Shown here: positions 57,201 through 64,000 of the stretch, one piece after another
Position numbering within the stretch: position 1 is the first letter of the stretch
How the letters are laid out: every line of letters begins with the position of its first letter
Assembly (NCBI RefSeq): GCF_009914755.1
Contig: NC_060933.1
DNA length: 64,000 nt
DNA from: the human T2T-CHM13v2.0 reference genome, Homo sapiens
Direction: 5' to 3' (one strand)
Program-made: the position numbers and the translations under genes
The notes under the pieces: model-generated
Databases searched by the model: none
What the model was told of the DNA's origin: nothing
What the model saw: only the letters and a program-made list of their open reading frames with translations

Positions 57201-59159
57201 CGTTCCGTTCCGTTCCGTTCCGTTCCATTCCATTCCATTCCATTCTATTCGGGTTAATTTCATTCCATTCCATTCCATTCCATTCCATTCTATTCCATTC
57301 CATTGCAATCGAGTTGAATCCATTGCTTTCCATTCCATTCCATTCCATTCCATTCCATTCCATTCCATTCCGGAAGATTCCATTCCATTGCATTCCATTC
57401 CATTCCATTCCCCTGCATTCGCGTTTATTCCTTTAAATTCCATTCCGTTCCATTCCATTCCATTCCGTTCCGCTCCATTCCATTCCATTCCATTCCATTC
57501 CATTCCATTCCATTCCATTCCTTTCCATTACATTACGGATGATTCCATTCCATTCCATTCCATTCCATTACATTCCATTCCATTCCATTCCTTTCCATTA
57601 CATTACGGATGATTCCATTCCATTGCATTATATTCCATTCCATTCCCCTGTACTCGGGTTGATTACATTCCATTCCATTCCATTCCATGCCACTCCACTC
57701 GTGTTGATTCCATTCTTTCCATTGCATTCAAGTTGAATCCATTCCATTGCATTCCATTCCATTCGATTCCATTCGATTGCACTCGTGTTGATTCCATTCC
57801 ATTGCATTCCATTCCATTCCATTCCATTCCATTCCATTCCATTCCGTTCCATTCCATTCCATTCCATTCGGATTCATTCTATTCAATTCCCTTACACTCC
57901 ATTACATTCCATTCCATTCGGGTAGTTTCCATTCCATTCCATTCCATTCCTCTCCATTCCATTCCACTCGGGTTGATTCCATTCCATTCCATTCCATTCC
58001 ATTCCATTCCATTCCATTCCATTCCATTCCATTCCGGATGATTCCATTCCATTGAATTCCATTCCATTCCATTCACCTCCACTTGGGTTGATTCCATTCC
58101 ATTCCATTCCATTCCTTTCCGTTCCATTCCATTCCATTCCATTCCATTGTATTCGTGTTAATTCCATTCCATTCTATTCCATTCCATTCCATTGAAATCG
58201 AGTTGATTCCATTCCATTGCATTCCATTCCATTCCGGACGATTCCATTCCATTGCATTCCATTCCATTCCATTCCCCTGCACTCGGGTTGAATCCATTCC
58301 ATTCCATTCCATTACATTCCGTTCCATTCCATTCCATTCCATTCTATTCGGGTTAATTCCATTCCATTCCATTCCACTCCATTCCAGTCCTTTGCATTCC
58401 ATTCCACTAGGGTTGATTCCATTCTATTCCTTTCCATTCCATTCCATTCCATTGCAATCGAGTTGATTCCATTCGAGTTGAATCCATTCCATTCCATTAC
58501 ATTACATTACATTGCACACGGGTTCATTCCATTCCATTCCATTCCATTCCATTCCATTCCATTCCATTCCATTCCATTCCATTTCATTCCGCTCCATTCT
58601 ATTCCGTACCATTCCATTCCATCACATTCCATTCCATTCCATTCCATTCCATGCCATTACACTCGGATTGATTCCATTCCTTTCCATTCCATTCTTTTTG
58701 AATCCATTCCATTCCATTCCATTCCATTCGAATCCTTTCCATTGCACTCGGGTTGATTCCATTTTATTCCGTTCCATTCCATTTCATTCCATTCCATTCC
58801 ATTACATTCGGATTGATTCTATTCCATTCCCTTACACTCCATTACATTCCATTCCATTCGGGATGTTTCCATTCCATTCCATTCCATTCCACTCCATTCC
58901 ATTGCATCGGGTTGATTGCATTCCATTCCATTCCATTGCATTCCGGATGATTCCATTCCATTGCATTCCATTCCATTCCATTCCCCTGCACTCGGGTTGA
59001 TTACATTCCATTCCATTCCCTTCCATTCCTTTCCATTCCATTCCATTCCATTGCTATCGAGATGATTCCATTCCATTCCATTCCATTCCATTCCATTCCA
59101 TTCCATTCCATTCCGCATGATTGCATTCCATTGCTTTCCATTCCATTCCATTCCCCTGC

Positions 59160-59900
59160 ACTCAGGTTGATTCCATTCCATTTCATTCCATTACATTCTG
59201 TTCCATTCCATTCCATTCCATTCTATTCGGGTTAATTCCATTCCATTCCATTCCATTCCATTCCATTCCATTCCATTCCATTGCAATCGAGTTGATTCCA
59301 TTCCATTCCATTCCATTGCATTCCAATCGATTTGATACCATTCCATTCCATTCCATTCCAGTCCTTTCCATTCCATTCATCTCGGGTTGATTCCATTCTA
59401 TTCCTTTCCATTCCATTCCATTCCATTGCAATCGAGTTGATTCCTTTCGAGTTGAATCCATTCCATTCCATTCCATTACATTACATTGCACACGGGTTCA
59501 TTCCATTCCATTCCATTCCATTCCCCTGCACTCGGATTGATTCCATTCCATTTCATTCCATTACATTCCGTTCCATTCCATTCCATTCCATTCTATTCGG
59601 GTTAATTCCATTTCATTCCATTCCATTCCATTCCATTCCATTCCATTGCAATCGAGTTGATTCCATTCCATTCCATTCCATTCCATTCCATTCCATTCCA
59701 ATCGATTTGATTCCATTCCATTCCATTCCATTCCACTCCATTCCAGTCCTTTCCATTCCATTCCTCTCGGGTTGATTCCATTCTATTCCTTTCCATTCCA
59801 TTCCATTCCATTGCAATCGAGTTGATTCCTTTCGAGTTGAATCCATTCCATTCCATTCCATTACATTACATTGCACACGGGTTCATTCCATTCCATTCCA
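59160..59900 (+). repeat. ~380-bp tandem duplication
   Basis: CAATCGATTTGA at ~59324/59699; TTCCTTTCGAGTTGAATCC at 59441/59826; TTGCACACGGGTTC at 59486/59871. Confidence 0.8.
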
Positions 59901-60999
59901 TTCCATTCCATTCCATTCCATTCCATTTCATTCCATTCCGTTCTATTCCGTACCATTCCATTCCATCCCATTCCATTCCATTCCATTCCATGTCATTACA
60001 CTCGGGTTGATTCCATTCCTTTCCATTCCATTCTTGTTGAATCCATTCCATTCCATTCCATTCCATTCGAATCCATTCCATTGCACTCGGTTTGATTACA
60101 TTCCATTCCATTCCATTCCATTTCATTCCATTCCCTTCCATTACATTCGGACTGATTCTATTCAATTCCCTTACACTCCATTACATTCCATTCCATTCGG
60201 GATGTTTCCATTCCATTCCATTCCGTTGCATTCCATTCCATTCCATTCCATTGCATTCCATTCCATTCCATTCCATTGCATCGGGTTGATTCCATTCCAT
60301 TCCATTGCATTCCATTCCATTCCATTCCGGATGATTCCATTCCATTGCATTCAATTCCATTCCATTCCCCTGCACTCGGGTTCATTCCATTCCATTCCAT
60401 TTCATTCCATTCCATTCCATTCCGGATGATTCCATTCCATTGCATTCAATTCCATTCCATTCCCCTGCACTCGGGTTCATTCCATTCCATTCCATTCCCT
60501 TCCATTCCTTTCCATTCAATTCCATTCCATTCCATTCTATTCGGGTTAATTCCATTCCATTCCACTCCATTCCATTCCATTCCATTCCATTCCATTGCAA
60601 TCGAGTTGATTCCATTCCATTCCATTCCATTCCTTTCCGGATGATTCCATTCCATTCCATTCCATTCCATTCGAATCCATTCCATTGCACTCGGGTTGAT
60701 TCCATTCCATTCCATTCCATTCCATTCCTGTCCGTTCCGTTCCATTCCATTCCATTCCATTCCATTCTATTCGGGTTAATTCCATTCCATTCCATTCCAT
60801 TCCATTCCAATCCATACCATTCAAATTCCATTCCACTCCATTCCAATCGAGTTGATTCCATTCCATTCCGTTCCATTCCATTCCATTCCATTCCAGTCCT
60901 TTCCATTCCATTCCACTCGGGGTGATTCCATTCTATTCATTTCCATTCCATTCCATTCCATTGCAATCGAGTTGATTCCTTTGTTTTGCATTCCATTCC

Positions 61000-63900
61000 A
61001 TTCCATTCCATTCCATTCCGGATTATTCCATTCCATTGCATTCCATTCCATTCCATTACCCTGCACTCGGGTTGATTCCATTCCATTCCACTCCATTCCG
61101 TTCCATTCCATTCCATTCCACTGTATTCGGGTTAATTCCATTCCATTCCATTCCATTCCATTCCATACCATTCTATTACAATCGAGTTGATTCCATTCCA
61201 TTCCATTCCATACCATTCCATTCCACTCCATTCCATTCCGTTCCATTCCATTCCGTTCCATTCCGTTCCATTCCATTCCATTCCAATCTATTCGTGTTAA
61301 TTCCATTCCATTCCATTCCATTCCATTCCATTCTATTCCATTCCATTGCAATCGAGTTGAATCCATTGCATTTCATTCCATTCCATTCCGGAAGATTCCA
61401 TTCCATTGCATTCCATTCCATTCCATTCCCCTGCACTCGCGTTGATTCCATTCCATTCCATTCCATTCCATTCCATTCCATTCCATTCCATTCCATTCCA
61501 TTCCGGATGATTGCATTCCATTGCATTCCATTCCATTCCATTCCCCTGCACTCGGGTTGATTCCATTCCATTTCATTCCATTACATTCCGTTCCATTCCA
61601 TTCCATTCAATTCTATTCGGGTTAATTCCATTCCATTCCATTAAAATTCCATTCCATTCCATTCCATTGCAATCGAGTTGATTCCATTCCATTCCATTCC
61701 ATTCCATTCCATTCCATTCCAATCGATTTGATTCCATTCCATTCCATTCCATTCCACTCCATTCCAGTACTTTCCATTCCATTCCACTCGGGTTGATTCC
61801 ATTCTATTCCTTTCCATTCCATTCCATTCCATTGCAATCGAGTTGATTCCTTTCGAGTTGAATGCATTCCATTCCATTCCATTCCATTACATTACATTGC
61901 ACACGGGTTCATTCCATTCCATTCCATTCCATTCCATTCCATTCCATTTCATTCCATTCCATTCTATTCCGTACCATTCCATTCCATCCCATTCCATTCC
62001 ATTCCATTCCATGCCATTACACTCGGGTTGATTCCATTCCTTTCCATTCCATTCTTGTTGAATCCATTCCATTCCATTCCATTATATTCGAATCCATTCC
62101 ATTCCATTCGAATCCATTCCATTGCAATCGGTTTGATTCTATTCCATTCCATTCCATTCCATTCCATTCCATTTCATTCCATTCCCTTCCATTTCATTCG
62201 GACTGATTCTATTCAATTCCCTTACAATGCATTACATTCCATTCAATTCGGGATGTTTCCATTCCATTCCATTCCATTCCATTACATTCCATTCCATTGC
62301 ATCGGGTTCATTCCTTTCCATTCCATTCCATTCCATTCCATTCGGGATGATTCCATTCCATTGCATTCAATTCCATTCCATTCCCCTGCACTCGGGTTGA
62401 TTACATTCCATTCCATTCCCTTCCATTCCTTTCCATTCCATTCCATTCCATTCTATTCGGGTTAATACCATTCCATTCCACTCCATTCCATTCTATTCCA
62501 TTCCATTCCATTCCATTGCAATCGAGTTGATTCCATTTCATTCCATTCCATTCCGTTCCGGATGATTCCATTCCATTGCATTCCATTCCATTCCATTCCC
62601 CTGCACTCGGGTTGATTCCATTCCATTCCACTCCATTCCGTTCCTTTACATTCCATTACATTGTATTCGGGTTAATTCCATTCCATTCCATTCCATTCCA
62701 TTCCATTCCATTCCATTCCATTCCATTCCATTACAATGGAGTTGATTCCATTCCATTCCATTCCATACCATTCCATTCCATTCCATTCCATTCCATTCCG
62801 GTCCATTCCGTTCCATTCCATTCCATTCCATTCTATTCTTGTTAATTCCATTCCATTCCATTCCATTCCATTCTATTCCATTCCATTGCAATCGAGTTGA
62901 ATCCATTGCATTTCATTCCATTCCATTCCATTCCATTCCGGAAGATTCCATTCCATTGCATTCCATTCCATTGCATTCCCCTGCACTCGCGTTGATTCCA
63001 TTCCATTCCATTCCATTCCATTCCATTCCGTTCCGTTCCATTCCATTCCATTGCATTCCATTCCACTCCATTCCGTTACGTTCCATTCCATTCCATTCCA
63101 TTCTATTCGGGTTAATTCCATTCCATTCCATTCGATTGCAATCGAGTTGATTCCATTCCATTCCATTCCATTCCATTCCATTCCATTCCGGATGATTGCA
63201 TTCCATTGCATTCCATTCCATTCAATTCCCCTGCACTCGGGTTGATTCCATTCCATTTCATTCCATTACATTCCGTTCCATTCCATTCCATTCCATTCTA
63301 TTCGGGTTAATTCCATTCCATTCCATTAAAATTCCATTCCCTTCCATTCCATTGCAATCGAGTTGATTCCATTCCATTCCATTCCATTCCATTCTAATCG
63401 ATTTGATTCCATTCCATTCCATTCCATTCCACTCCATTCCAGTCCTTTCCATTCCATTCCACTCGGGTTGATTCCATTCTATTCCTTTCCATTCCATTCC
63501 ATTCCATTGCAATCGAGTTGATTCCTTTCGAGTTGAATCCATTCCATTCCATGCCATTACATTGCACACGGGTTCATTCCATTCCATTCCATTCCATTCC
63601 ATTCCATTCCATTCCATTCCATTTCATTCCATTCCATTCTATTCCGTACCATTCCATTCCATCCCATTCCATTCCATTCCATTCCATGCCATTACACTCG
63701 GGTTGATTCCATTCCTTTCCATTCCATTCTTGTTGAATCCATTCCATTCCATTCTTGTTGAATCCATTCCATTCCATTCCATTATATTCGAATCCATTCC
63801 ATTCCATTCGAATTCATTCCATTGCACTCGGTTTGATTCCATTCCATTCCATTCCATTCCATTTCATTCCATTGCCTTCCATTTCATTCGGACTGATTCT

Positions 63901-64000
63901 ATTCAATTCCCTTACACTCCATTCCATTCCATTCCATTCGGGATGTTTCCATTCCATTCCATTCCATTCCATTCCATTGCATCGGGATCATTCCATTCCA
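61000..64000 (+). repeat. ~1.55-1.7-kb tandem duplication running to the window edge
   Basis: TTAAAATTCC at 61641/63326; ATTATATTCGAATCC at 62081/63781; GGACTGATTCT at 62200/63890. Confidence 0.8.

Larger units (their letters stand above)
1..64000 (+). repeat. Human/hominid Satellite III (HSat3) array: (CATTC)n with interspersed A(C/T)TCGGGTTG decamers; pericentromeric or acrocentric-type heterochromatin
   Basis: Continuous CATTC pentamers from base 1 to 64000 in a single orientation. The recurrent decamer ACTCGGGTTG/ATTCGGGTTA (e.g. 89-98) is followed by ATTCC, creating HinfI GATTC sites, which is the classical definition of satellite 3. Long perfect CATTC runs and the absence of a ~26-bp CATTCGATGAT-type unit argue against HSat2. 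Confidence 0.97.

Noticed and set aside
1-64000. Hundreds of ORFs up to ~330 aa (MEWNG/MESTRV on -, IPFHS on +)
   Set aside because: (GGAAT)3 and (CATTC)3 are stop-free 15-nt periods that translate to the same pentapeptide in all three frames. The overlapping ORFs on both strands have no unique domains or gene structure and are repeat artefacts.
1-64000. CRISPR-like pattern (conserved modules separated by variable-length spacers)
   Set aside because: The 'spacers' are CATTC runs rather than unique sequence, the modules are pentamer derivatives, and there are no cas genes or leader.
1-64000. Assignment to Y-chromosomal DYZ1 (~3.5-kb HaeIII unit) or chr15 D15Z1 (1.8-kb KpnI unit)
   Set aside because: No sustained 3.5-kb or 1.8-kb period is visible; I found only one GGCC (~54700) and no GGTACC. 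Subfamily and chromosome are left unassigned pending alignment.
1-64000. Transposon (Alu/L1), alpha-satellite, telomeric or unique-sequence insertions
   Set aside because: No poly-A tail, target-site duplication, TTAGGG, CENP-B box or non-pentamer-derived stretch longer than a few tens of bases was seen.

Overview
The whole 64-kb window is one uninterrupted block of hominid Satellite III (HSat3) heterochromatic DNA. It is a (CATTC)n pentamer array, C-rich on the + strand and (GGAAT)n on the - strand, punctuated every ~30-100 bp by the classical Sat3 decamer A(C/T)TCGGGTTG and a small set of related modules. I see no genes, RNA genes, transposons, CRISPR arrays or strand inversions. All listed ORFs (MEWNG.../IPFHS...) are translation artefacts of the 5-bp repeat, and I cannot support a new protein-based system here. 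The information lies in the repeat architecture. (i) About 45-50 copies of ATTCCGGAAGATTCC form a perfect three-unit heat-shock element, alongside a one-base-different non-HSE sibling. (ii) A 14-bp perfect palindrome recurs, and a hairpin module is precisely deleted (12 bp) in a subset of copies. (iii) Instead of one higher-order repeat there is a patchwork of local kb-scale duplications (~3.0 kb tandem, ~4.0 kb tandem with a ~3 kb insertion, ~6.24 kb, ~4.6/3.8 kb and ~1.6-1.7 kb offsets). (iv) A more diverged layer starts after ~56 kb. Counts and block boundaries were read by eye from landmark k-mers and are approximate. Chromosome, subfamily and species cannot be fixed without alignment.
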